Source: Octopus sinensis
Taxonomy: Eukaryota
Assembly: GCF_006345805.1 (NCBI RefSeq)
Contig: NW_021835400.1
Span: forward strand, 1 to 40,313
Direction: 5' to 3'
Length of the DNA: 40,313 bases
This document shows, in pieces, positions 12,316 to 25,250 of this stretch. The position numbers and the translations under genes were made by a program. A model generated the notes under the pieces. That model did not search any database and was not told the origin of the DNA. It saw only the letters and a program-made list of their open reading frames with translations. How positions within the stretch are numbered: position 1 is the stretch's first letter; the number at the start of each line of letters is the position of its first letter.

Positions 12316-12621
12316 CTATCTACCTATCTATCTATCTATCTATCTATCTATCTGCCTACCTGTCTGCCTGTCTCTCTATCCGTTCGTACGTCCGTCTGTC
12401 TACTGTCTGATCGTCCATCTGTCGGTCAGTCTATCTATGTAACTTCATATTTCCATACCTGCGTATATCTAAGCGATTTAAACTATAGTTTTAAAATAGT
12501 TTGACCTCTAAGAGCCAAAAAGTATGAAGCTCATTTATCATTGAACCTCTGCTGCTCTGACCATTCCATCTTTTTTCAGGTGCTGTATATAGTAAATAAT
12601 TTGAAACCTCTGTTCCTTAAG

Positions 12622-13347
12622 GGTTCACTAGTGTAATCGATAGCACACCTAGGGTGTGGGTAGAATCCAATGCGTACGGAAACCCTATTTCTTTTTCTGT
12701 TAAGGGTTCATATGCCCCATCATTAGACTATGTTCTTTAGTCATTGCACGGTGATCGATATAAACTTTAAGCCCATAAAAATACTATTATTATCACTTAC
12801 AGAAATGTAAAAATTGGCATTGCTCAAAAAAAAAAAAAACATTCGCAGTAAAAATGCAGAGGAAAGTTTTACAAAAACAACTACCAACTGATTATAGTTC
12901 TTAAATCTGGCAGAAAACTGGCAAGTAGGTTCGCTAGTGTAATTGGTAGCACACTCGGTCGCGTAAACAGAGCTGTGTGAGTTCGAGGCCAATGCGTACG
13001 GGAAACCAAAATTCTTTTCTGTCGAGAGCTGATATGCCCCGTTATTAGATATGGTCTTTAGTCATTGCACGGTGATCGCTATAAACTTTAAGCTTACAAA
13101 AACAACTACCAACTAATTATAGTTCTTAAATCTGACGGCAAGATGCAGGTAGACTCACTAGTGTAATTAGTAGCGTATTTAGAGGGGTGTGAGTTCGAAT
13201 ATCACGCGAAGGAAAAGCCTACTTTTTTCTGTTGAGGGGTGAGGAGCTCATACCTCCCATCATTAGACTATTTTCTTTAGTCATTGTGCAGTGATCGTTA
13301 AAGTTTTAAGTTTATAAAGTACTATTATTATTATTGTTTACAGAATA
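12622..13347 (+). repeat. three tandem tRNA-like (Pol III A/B box) units starting at 12622, 12928 and 13152
   Basis: Each unit has ggttc(a/g)ctagtgtaat..gtagc, a gagttcga-like box, a T4-T5 run, and ttctttagtcattg..cggtgatcg..aaactttaag. Confidence 0.8.
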
Positions 13348-13390
13348 CACAACACACGCACACACACACATATATATATGTATATATATA

Positions 13391-14653
13391 TCAAGTCATT
13401 AAGAATGAAATGTTCAGTTTTCTTATGCACCAAGTTTAACAATCGTTAACCTTAATATTTTATCCTGACAATTCTTTCTTTTACAAAATTGAAGAGTTAC
13501 ATCATCACTTTTCGAAATGCAATTCATGGTGTCTGATTGTATTGCGAGTTTTCTCTTGCAAATCAATTTTTGTGAACCCATAGATAGATAAAAAATTTGC
13601 GTTGTTTATGAATATGAGTTCCGCCGTGGAACCAATGCATCTCAGAGAGCTCGAAACGTCAACGAAGTGTTTGGTGAGGATTTGGTGAATGAACGCATTG
13701 AACGCCGATGGTTTGAGAAGTTCCGGTCTGGTGAGTTTACTCTTGAAAATCTGCCCCGTGGTAGACCTGAGATCAAGGTGGATAATGATGAGTTGGAAAC
13801 TGTAGTGGAAGTGGATACCTCTCAAACACCGCGTGAGTTAGCAGCAAGGTTTGATGTTTCGATTCCAACTGTATTGGACCATCTGAAACAAATCGACACG
13901 GTAAAGAAGCTGGACAAGTGGGTATCACACGAAATGAACGAGTATCAAATGATACGTCGTCTTGAAACTCGCTGTTCTATGATGTCTCTGCATAAAAGCG
14001 AACCATTTTTGCATCGTATTGTTAAGTCTAATGAAAAATGGATTCTTTTCAACAATATCAAGCGTTCTGCATCGTGGTTGGATAGAGACAAAGTGCCAAA
14101 ACACAGCCCAAAAAAGAATATTCATAAAAAAAAGCTAATAATATATGTATGGGGTCCAGCACTGGTGTCATCCACTATAACTTCATACGACCTGGCAAGT
14201 CAATTAGAGAGGATATATACATCAACAAATTGGATGAAATGATGAGTGAACTTGCAATTAAACAATAGGGATTGGTCAATACAGACAGGCCAATTCTCTT
14301 GCAAGACAATGCTCGACCACATATTGCACAAAGAACACTACTCAAGTTACAGGAACTGAACTTAGAAGTACTTTGCCATCCACCATATTCATCAGACCTT
14401 GTACCAACTGACTAACACATTTTCCAGGCATTAGACAACATTTTGCAAGGAAAAAACTTCAAATCTGAAGTCCTTTGTGATTTCATCACTTCTTGCTCTC
14501 CAGAATTTTTCGCTGCCGGCATAAGTTACCGATAAATGGCAAATTATGCTGACAATTTAGGTGCATACTTTGATCAACTGTATTGCTTTTTGTTGCGATA
14601 AAGTAAAATATACTTTCAGTTGAAAATCGAACATTTCATTCTTAATGACCTGA
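13391..14653 (+). mobile_element. full-length but inactivated mariner (DD34D, Hsmar1/cecropia-like)
   Basis: 25-bp TIRs with 1 mismatch (tca[a/g]gtcattaagaatgaaatgttc) and TA flanks. Transposase reads YEFRRGTNA..WFEKFRSG..KKLDKWVSHE..SNEKWILFNN..LLQDNARPH..HPPYSSDLVPTD*H, with stops, frameshifts and the first catalytic D lost. Confidence 0.93.
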
Positions 14654-14914
14654 TATATATATATATATATAGTAGAATAAGAAATAGAATATCCTTGGTA
14701 CAGTATTATATATCTAAAAAAAAAATAATGAATAGAAATGGTTTTTCTGATAATTTTTCAACTTTCATAATTGGATGTAGACATCTAATTTTCAAAGTAG
14801 AAAAATCAGCAGTAAAGAACATTCTATTCGTTTTTCAAATAGATATAATATATATATATATATATATTATATAGATGTATGTATGTATGTATGTATGTAT
14901 GTATGTATATATAT

Positions 14915-14962
<48 letters not shown>

Positions 14963-15909
14963 ATATATATTATTTTATATATGTATATGTATATGTATGT
15001 ATAAATGTGCGCACATACACATATGCGTCAGTACAATTGTCTAATTGTATATCTATCTACCTATCCATCTCTATCTATGTCTCTCTCCATTTGTCTATTT
15101 GTCTGTCTGAAGTCACGCAAAGTATATATTCTATTGGCAGCTAAGTTAACCGGATCTCGTCTACATTACAACCCCATAACTGTAACTAATTAATACATTA
15201 GTGCATATACCGCATATCATCAAACACATACCCCTCACCTAATGAAAATGTAGACAAATACAACAGACGATATGAATAAGCATGCAATTTAACACTGCAG
15301 ACGATGACAATTCGCAGAAACGTCTAAAAGCAGACGATCACCTCTCTCATGCAAATGTAGAGATCGCTTCGTATGTCAAATCAGACATTTAGATAAACCT
15401 GTTAAATATAGCAAATTGATATCGGGAAATTTGGGAAAGCAGCTTCTGTTTATTTATATTCATATAGCAAAAATATACTAAAAGTAATTCCACTGAGATC
15501 ATCATCATCATCCTTAGTATTTTTTATATTGCCATTATAATTCAATTTCAATTTAGAAATATGATCAAGTATGTATACTATATGTGTGCGTGTGTGTGCT
15601 TAAATATATAGGTGTATAAATATACGTAAACACACATACATATATATATATAGTCATTTGTGTATATACGTACGTTGATATATGTATATTAGATGTGTGT
15701 ATTTTTAACAAATATTTTTCTAATTTTCGGCTATATTGTGCAGAAGTGTGTTATAATTATATGTGTGAATATGTGCGAGAATATATACATAAATGCGAAT
15801 GCGTGTGTATGTGTGTGTGTTAATGAATACATACACACATACATACATACACAATACTTACACACATACATACATAATACATACATACATACATACATAC
15901 ATACACACA

Positions 15910-15961
<52 letters not shown>

Positions 15962-16211
15962 TGCATGATAGAGAGTAAGCGTGTGAGAATTTCTGAGTAT
16001 GCGCAAGTACGTTTCAGCGTAACATAAAGAGCCATTAGAAGTTTTTCTTTTTATGTGAAATTGAAAACTTTCTATACTGAAATATGAGAAACAGAGTTTT
16101 TGAGTAAATAGAGAGTACTGGACTGAATAGAGTATTTCGAAATAAGATAACGAAATATGAGATCAATCATTATCCCTGCATTATTTTTCATTACATATGG
16201 GCGCCTACAAT

Positions 16212-16262
<51 letters not shown>

Positions 16263-16387
16263 TCACACGTTTCGAAAAAAGCAAACTTTGTTTACATACA
16301 TTTGTAATTTCATATAATATATTAATTATTATATATATATATATATAATATTATGTATGTATGTTGTAGTATATCTATGTCTATATC

Positions 16388-16448
<61 letters not shown>

Positions 16449-17409
16449 GTAAATGGCTTTATATATGTATATATATCTCCATACACGACCATATGTCTCA
16501 TAGGTAATTTTATGAATTTCATGCATATTGATAGGATGTTTCATGCATACTACTTACATATTGACATATTAGGTTGGTATATAGTATCTGGTATTCTATA
16601 ATATATATATGTATCTGTTTCTATATATATATATATATATAGATATATATAGATATAGTATATATAGATATAGATATATATATATAGGTATATATATATA
16701 TATATATAATAGATATAGGTATATATATACATATACTATATAAACAAATATATATATAAATACATATATACAAACATATCATATATGTTATATATATATA
16801 ATATATATACATACATATATAATATATATATATATATATATTATATATATGTAGATATAGTGTGTGTGTTTTGTGTTTGTATGTGTATGTATACATAACA
16901 ATATGTTTATATAGGAATGAAATCACACACATGTTTATATATTTTTGCATACAAATAGAATGTGTATATGCATACACGTTATATGTAAATATTTAAATCA
17001 ACGCTCACACACAGACATACACACACACGTGCACACACACATACGCACACTTACTCGAGAGAAACAAATGCCCTCAAAATGATGATGATAATGATGATAA
17101 TGAAGATGATGATGGTGATGATAACAATATTGTCAACAACAGTTTTAATACCAACAACTAAATATCAGAAACTGAAACCACAATAAAAAAAGCATCAGCA
17201 ACAAAATAAAATACAAAGAATAATACAAAGAATAACGTAATAATATATAGTAAAGCAAAAAAAAAAAAAAAGGAAAAAGGAAAATGCGAATAAGTAGTGA
17301 TTCTTTAAGTTTCGTTCTTGTAATCTGATTTAAGATGGAAATATTGTCTAAACTCAAGGTTGATATGTCATATAATCAAATCAACTATATTTTCTCTAAA
17401 CTTCATTTG

Positions 17410-17410
17410 G

Positions 17411-17474
<64 letters not shown>

Positions 17475-17735
17475 TAACAACAACAACAACAACAACAATA
17501 ATAATAATAATAATGATGATGATAATAATGATGATCATTATGAAGATGATGATGATGATTCTATATTTTTATAAACTTTTCTGGAGGAGAAAATATACAC
17601 TACTACTACCACTGCTGCTGCTGCTGCTACATGAACAAGAAGAAGAGGAAGAAAAAGAACAACAACTACTACTAATATTTCTACTATTACTACTACTAAT
17701 AATAAATTATACTAACCCTACTACTATGACTGCTG

Positions 17736-17817
<82 letters not shown>

Positions 17818-17965
17818 TAATGATAATGGTAATGATAATAATAGTCATAATAATAACGATAATGATAATGATACTACTACTACTACTATTAATAATAATA
17901 ATAATAATAACAATAATAATGATAATAATAGTAATAATAAATAATAATAATAATAATAATAATGA
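17410..17965. repeat. compound (AAT)/(AAC)/(ACT)/(GAT) trinucleotide microsatellite field
   Basis: Direct inspection; explains the poly-N/I/T/L ORFs. Confidence 0.95.
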
Positions 17966-17979
17966 GAGAAGAAGAAGAA

Positions 17980-18198
17980 GAATCGCTTCAAATTTTGGTG
18001 TAAGGTCAACAATTTCGGGTAGGAGGGTAAGTCGATGACATCGACGCCAGTGCTTCACTAGTACTTTTTTTTTTATCGATTCTGAGGGGACGAAAGGCTA
18101 TGTCGACCTTGGTGGGAATTGAACTTCTAGTCGTAAAGACGGGTGAAAACCCGCCAATTCTTTCGTACGGTGTACAGACGATTCGGCCATCTCTCCGC
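17980..18198 (-). mobile_element. tRNA-derived SINE, family B (diverged)
   Basis: gtcgatgacatcgacgccagtg..gaaaggctatgtcgaccttggtgggaattgaact matches the 29921-30150 and 30211-30424 copies. Confidence 0.8.
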
Positions 18199-18202
18199 AA
18201 TG

Positions 18203-18263
<61 letters not shown>

Positions 18264-18757
18264 GAAGTGTTATCATGTACATTGTTTGTCTTGTATAAAA
18301 GATGGGCTACAGCAAATATTCTGCTCAATACCACAGATTTGTTGTCAGTTGTTTGACCTTAACCAGTTGAGCATGTCCCTTAGTGGCTGACGATATGTGC
18401 ATCTCTGATCACGAGCAGAAGTAGTGGGGGAGCATCATAGCCATGGTTGAGAGGGATTCTTGGGGTTTGAATAATTCACCTCTGGAAACATGGGTGTTTC
18501 TTTCAACATCCTTAAACAACCCTTATTCAGGGACCTTTTGAGCGGGATGGGCTACTCAACTGAAGAAAATTCTAACTGGGCCCCACCTGCAAGGTCATGT
18601 GCTGTTTATCTTGATAAGAGATCACCATGTCGCGCACATATGGTTGTGATGCATGTGCCTGGTGTACCTTTATCAGACGGGTAGTCATGATGGGTATATT
18701 GGGCTTCGTATATTTTACCCCAGTGTCACTTTGATGGCATGCACTGCTCTCTCACTC
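18264..18757 (+). mobile_element. interspersed repeat, probably a non-LTR retrotransposon 3'UTR with an (AAT)n tail
   Basis: Non-coding block between (AAT)n runs ending ...gcactgctctctcactc(aat)n. Recognised from memory as an abundant octopus repeat; not verified. Confidence 0.5.
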
Positions 18758-18790
18758 AATAATAATAATATAATAATAATAATCATAATG

Positions 18791-18845
<55 letters not shown>

Positions 18846-18864
18846 TAATAATAATAATAATTAA

Positions 18865-19470
18865 AATATCAAAACTGCCGACAAGTGGTATAATCACCAC
18901 CCTGAGGCTGTGACTGAAGGAGAAAATGTAACCATTCTGTGGGACTTTCCAGTACATACAGACCGAACCATCAAGGCCAATAAACCAGATATTGTTATGA
19001 AAGACCAAAACAATAAAGTTTGCTTATTGATCGACATGAGCATCCCCTGTGATCATAATATCTCACCGAAAGAGTTTGACAAGCTCAGAAAATATAAAAA
19101 CCTACTCATTGAAATTGAGAAAATGTGGCATCTCAAGGCGGTTACAATACCAGTGATCGTAGGAGCACTAGGAATGATCAAGAAGGGAACCGAAAATTAT
19201 ATGAGAATGATCCCTGACTTACCATCCCTGCAAGAAGTGCAAAAGATTGTCTTAACTGGTACATCACACGTATTGAGAAGAGCATTGTCGATGTGAGAAT
19301 TATTACTACCCATGTATTTTAATCTAACTTAAAAAAAGAATAAGAAAAAAATGAACGAACTATTGAGTTTAGTTTAATGGCCTACCAATGTATACTATGA
19401 GTTTCTTTGCCCTAGGAGTCGGGAAGACACTCGGCAAGAAATGGAAACAAATTTGAAAGAAGAAAAAAAA
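18865..19470 (+). mobile_element. 5'-truncated R4/Dong-like LINE: restriction-like endonuclease C-terminus and 3'UTR
   Basis: Reads KTADKWYNHHPEAVTEGENVTILWDFPVHTDRTIKANKPDIV..LLIDMSIP..KLRKYKNL..IPVIVGALG..LTGTSHVLRRALSM* (stop at 19296); (AAT)n on both flanks. Confidence 0.9.
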
Positions 19471-19532
19471 GTAATAATAATAATAATAATAATCATAATA
19501 ATAATAATAATGATGATGACGATGATGATAGT

Positions 19533-19872
19533 AAAAAAACGGCAAGGTACCAGGACCTAGCTATTGAATTACAGAGACTATGGAAAGGATGGGTAAAATG
19601 TATCCCAGTAGTTATAGGTGCATTGGGAACTATCCCCTAAAGATCTGAACAGATGGATAGAGGAAATGAGCATAAAACCCAGTTTAGATATCTCCAGAAA
19701 ACAGTGCTATTAGGGACAACTTGGATACTACTAGGCACCGCACCTATCCTACGTAAACTACTTTCAATACAGTAAAAATAAGAGAATCACAACGAACCAT
19801 AGCACATACCCAAGGCACACAGAGCTGCGATCGGTATTACAGTGAAGGCACGTGATAAGAATAAGACTACTG
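19533..19872 (+). mobile_element. second, chimeric R4/Dong-like 3' fragment
   Basis: Reads ARYQDLAIELQRLWK..IPVVIGALGTIP..LQKTVLLGTTWILLGTAPILRKLLSIQ* (stop at 19775), then a UTR and (AAT)n. Confidence 0.8.
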
Positions 19873-19974
19873 AATAATAATAATAATAATGATAATAATA
19901 ATAATAATATTAATGATGATGATGATGACAATGATGATGATGATGATGCCAATAATAATAATAATAATAATAAT

Positions 19975-20112
19975 GAGAAGAAGAAGAAGAAGAAGAAGAA
20001 GAAGAAGAAGAAGAAGAAGAAGAAGAAGAAGAAGAAGAAGAAGAAGAAGAAGAAGAAGAAGAAGAAGAAGAAGAAGAAGAAGAAGAAGAAGAAGATGAAG
20101 AAGAAGAAGAAG
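19975..20112. repeat. (AAG)n microsatellite
   Basis: Direct inspection; explains the poly-K/R/E ORFs. Confidence 0.97.
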
Positions 20113-20126
20113 AATGATAATAATGA

Positions 20127-20315
20127 TCCTTTCTACTAAAGGTACGTGAAATATGGTAGGCGGGGACTAGACGATTGCATCGACCCCAGTGTTTCACTGG
20201 TACGTTATTTATCAGCCTCGAAAGGATGAAAGGCAAAGTCGATTTCGGGTGGAATTTGAACTCGGACCGTAACGACGGGCGAAATACCGCTAACGATTCC
20301 ACCAGCACGCCGTCC
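20127..20315 (-). mobile_element. tRNA-derived SINE, family B
   Basis: catcgaccccagtgtttcactggtac..gaaaggatgaaaggcaaagtcga..ggaatttgaactc. Confidence 0.85.
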
Positions 20316-20977
20316 GAATAATAATAATGATAATAATAATAGTAGTAATAATAATAATAATAATAATATAATAAAATAATAATAATAATAATAATAATAA
20401 TGATAATAATAATAATAATAACAACAACAACAACAACATTAAGAATAAGAATGTTGGAAGGAAAGAAGATGAAAGAAAATGTTTTAAGCACAAAAAATAA
20501 GGCATAAATTAAATTTCTAGCAAACGAACATCGACAGGGATAAGTGAAGAAGAAAATGGAGGACATTCGTAAATTAAGCTGTGAGTTTGTAAGATATAAA
20601 TAGTTAAACGATACGCGAGTTGTGAATATGAGTTATTTATTATTTATAGCATATGATGGAAGATTAGATATCATATTTATATTACATGTCATATTAGAAT
20701 AGAAAAGATAAAATTCTGATGAGAAAATGAGGGAGACAGAGAAACAGAGATGTGGTGAGAAAGGGGGGGGGGGCGAGAAAAATGAAGGGAGAGTGGACGG
20801 TGGGAGAAATATTGTTGTTAATATTGTATTGGTTTAACCCAAGGTCAGCTCCAATCCAGGAATCCTATAATCAAGTGTGTTTCAGCCACGACCATCACGC
20901 CGTCTTGTTTATCATAATTTATATATACATACATACAGGCTTGCATATAGATGCATACATATGCGTGTACATATATT

Positions 20978-21021
<44 letters not shown>

Positions 21022-21437
21022 TCTATGTCTTTGTGTAGCTGAAGATTGCTCTACGTTTTAAATTGATGTAATGAAATGATTACATTGTTCAATTAAATGG
21101 AGTGGCATGAAACGATCGTACTGCATTACCTCTGGATATCCTTGTCGCTTATTATATATATATATTATAGCATAAATATTTAGCATCTAGAAGAAGGTGC
21201 TTTTTGAATGGAACTTTGGTCAAGTGGAACTGATGTATTCAAACGGTATCCAACGTTTATCGGGTATTTCGACCGTGAACCGTAACACCCTCCCGTTGGT
21301 GGGCCAGCAGAGGTGACCAAATCACTGATCCTCATTTCCTCCTGGCTTCCAGCTTAACTCCTCTGCTTCTCCTATCCTGCCCCTCAGCCACCCTTCACTC
21401 TTCTCTTCTTATTTCAATGGCCATAAACATGCTCTAT

Positions 21438-21475
<38 letters not shown>

Positions 21476-21589
21476 CTATATATATATATAATAGGACGGT
21501 AGTAGGGAATTTGATTGGCGATTGTTGATGTCGCCACCTATAGTTGCATTCGAAGTAAGAAGGGGGATAGAAAGAGAGATTATGTATAG

Positions 21590-22376
21590 GGTTATCCCAT
21601 TCAAACTGCTCCAGCTTTTGGAATATCATCGTCGCTGTATGTGGCTGAGCATTATTCTGATGGGAGAACACCTTTCGTCTTGAAACCAAGATGGTCGTTT
21701 TTTTTCTAGCGCTGACTTAAGCTGTTCAAGCTGCTCGCAGCAGATCTCCCTTGTTATGGGTTTAAAAGTTCAACGTGGTCTAAACTTTTCATATCTCACC
21801 AAACAGATAACAACACCTTACGTGGGTGAAAACCTACTTTAGCCTGGGGTTCCGGTGTTTCTCCTTTCCCTACCCACTGTTTTCGGTGCTTGACATTTTT
21901 GTAGAGAACCTATTTCTCGTCACCAGTCATTACACGAGACAAAATAAGGTTCATCCGTGAGACGTGACAGCAAAGATGAGCACACATTCACTCACTGTGC
22001 GCGATTAGACTCGAAAAGTTTGTGAGGAACTCATTGATCCAATTTGCTGACTTTTCTGATGGCATGCAGGTATGGATGAATGGTTGAATGACCAAATCCA
22101 AGCTTCTCTGCTAATTCCTCAACAGTTACAATGGGATTTTGTTCCACGAGGCTTTTCATGATGCCCTCGTTGAGCTCTACAGATCTTCCAGGACGAGGCT
22201 CGTCTTCTAGGCTGTAGTTTCCGGTTCGGAATTTCCGGAACCACCGTTGACAATGGCTTACGCTTATTGCCTTATCCCCATATACTGCATTAATATTCCT
22301 CGCACTTTCCGTTGCATTGTTGCCTTTATTGAACTCATAAAGCAAAATATACCGAATATTCTCCTTTGTTACTTCT
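21590..22376 (-). pseudogene. mariner transposase fossil (DD34D), 3'-truncated
   Basis: Reads EVTKENIRYILLYEFNKGNNATESARNINAVYG..WFRKFRTG..SKLDQ*VPHKL..MTGDEK*VLYKN..KVLLSVW*..CCEQLEQL..HQNNAQPHTA. Confidence 0.88.
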
Positions 22377-22547
22377 ACGCCGATGTGTGTGTGTGTGTGT
22401 GTGTGTGAAAGTGTGTGTATTAATACAGTACAACGTTTGAGTGGTAATATTTCCATGGAGTTTCACACACCAGTACAGGTTGACTCTGTACGAACCCAGT
22501 TCTTTGTCAGAGTATTGCAATAAGAACTCTCAAGATTTATATCTTTA

Positions 22548-22948
22548 CTAGCATTATCGCCCGGCGTTGCTCGGGTTTGTAAGGGAAATAACAATATAAG
22601 CATTTTTAGAGAGTTATAGCCAAAAAATAGCAAACAAATGCATTAAAAATGGAAAACAAATGATGGTAAATTTTTTTTTAAATCGTTGACTCATCGTAGA
22701 CATTTTTAGAGAGTTACTTCCCTTATATAATAGCGGAAAAAATGCATTAAAATGGAAAAAAATTATGGTAATTTATTTTTAAATCGTAGACTCGTCGTAG
22801 ACGCGCGCTAATATCCAGAAGGGCTCGATATGAATCACGACTATAAGATACCCGGTTTTGGTTAAACTGCACCGCAAAATGTGGGAGTAGTTAGGAATCT
22901 AAATCGGAGGAGAAAGACAGCACACAACCTTACTTTTATATATAAAGA
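22548..22948 (-). mobile_element. non-autonomous Helitron, 401 bp
   Basis: Minus strand runs A|TC...CTAG|T. A GC-rich hairpin cccgagcaacgccggg (22560-22575) lies 8 nt before the terminal CTAG. No TSD; internal 100-bp duplication. Confidence 0.85.
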
Positions 22949-23214
22949 TATGACGTAAAGCAATGAACTTTAGACCTCCTGATTCTCAAGTCATACATTT
23001 TTACACTCTACGTGATATAAATCATTCGATACCTTTGCAACTCGCCGTCAATTTGTCAATTTATTATACTAACATGTATATATACATGTGTTTATATGCA
23101 TATATTCATATATACATACATACATACATACACAAACGTATGCATTATTCGATATATATGTATTATATATATATATACGTATGTATACATATCCATCTAT
23201 GTACCCATTCGTAC

Positions 23215-23218
23215 ATAC

Positions 23219-23249
<31 letters not shown>

Positions 23250-23525
23250 TGTATGTATGTATGTATGTATGTATGTATGCATGTATGAATGTATGTATGT
23301 ATGAATGTATGTATGTATGTATGTATGTATGAATGTATGTATGTATATACGTATGTATGTATGAATGTATGTATGTATGTATGTATATACGTATGTATGT
23401 ACGTATGTATGTATGTATGTATGTATGTATGTATGTATGTATGTATGTATGTACGTATATACGTATGTATGTATGTATATACGTATGTATGTATGTATGT
23501 ATATACGTACGTATGTATGTATGTC
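23215..23525. repeat. (TATG)n microsatellite
   Basis: Direct inspection. Confidence 0.95.
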
Positions 23526-23648
23526 TATATGTATAACGAAGTATGTCATTAGTGAAACGAGAGTTTCGGTGACTGTAATGTAGTATTCACAATAAAAAAT
23601 ATATAATACATTCCAAAAGTATTGAGTTATTTTTTTCTTCTCAAATGT

Positions 23649-24417
<769 letters not shown>

Positions 24418-24875
24418 AACCAACCAAATGTAATACTCGTTTTCTTTTTGTTCTTGTTCAGATATTATATCATTATTAGTAAAACTACCACAACGAACAA
24501 ACCAAATAGCATGAAGTGATGGTCGGTCGTTAAAATATAGCCCCAGTCCAATAGCACTATTATAAGTAACGGAAACGGAATACTCATTAAATCTTACACA
24601 CATTCTCCTATGAAGCGAATATTTCTGTCTCACTGATTAGAGAGCTCAAGAAACGGAAGTGAAGTGGGGATAAAAAAAAACCTAGCGAAACAGCGAAGTG
24701 ATTGTTGTGGACCCACGTTGATTGTATTCAATAATGTAACGTTGAACAGGGCAGTAGAGAGAAAGCGTCAATGTGGTTAATTGATATGCTAAAAATAACA
24801 GCCAAAGGAGTCAAATCTTACAAAATATACTCGTGGAATGTGTGTATGTGTATCTCTTTCTCTATACACACACAC

Positions 24876-24933
<58 letters not shown>

Positions 24934-24965
24934 TATATGTGCGTGTGTGTGTGTGGGGGGGGGAA

Positions 24966-25186
24966 GACGCGTGGCCGAGTGGTCAAGGATGGTGCACTCA
25001 TGATCGTGGGAGCGTGGTTTCGATTCCCAAGCCGGTTGAGCTTTTTGTTCTCGAGCGAAATACTTCATTTCACAGTGCTCCAGTCCACTCGGCTGTGAAT
25101 GAGTAACCGTATGATGGACTAGCCCTCCGACTATCAGTGGTGGGGGAGGGAATGTCGGCCTGCTCGCCTAGCTATCTGGGTGGCAT
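24966..25186 (+). mobile_element. tRNA-derived SINE, family C (diverged)
   Basis: A box gtggccgagtgg and B box ggtttcgattcc, then ttgttctcgagcgaaatacttcattt, shared with the 32852 copy. Confidence 0.75.
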
Positions 25187-25216
25187 ATATGTATATACAT
25201 ATGTGTGTATATATAT

Positions 25217-25250
<34 letters not shown>

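Noticed and set aside
12622-13347. CRISPR-like array, functional tRNA cluster or vault RNA cluster
   Set aside because: Units are 220-300 bp and diverged, with no unique spacers and no cas genes. The anticodon arm does not pair. The D-arm and acceptor pairing point to tRNA ancestry rather than vault RNA.
20820-20910. Short repeat (gttgttgtttaaccc.aggtca..) also near 30900 and 38240, possibly an RTE-type LINE tail
   Set aside because: Too short and diverged to assign or bound reliably by eye.
24520-24780. Unique-looking stretch with an ETS-like cggaagtg motif (possible promoter)
   Set aside because: A single short motif is expected by chance; there is no CpG-rich context or adjacent gene.
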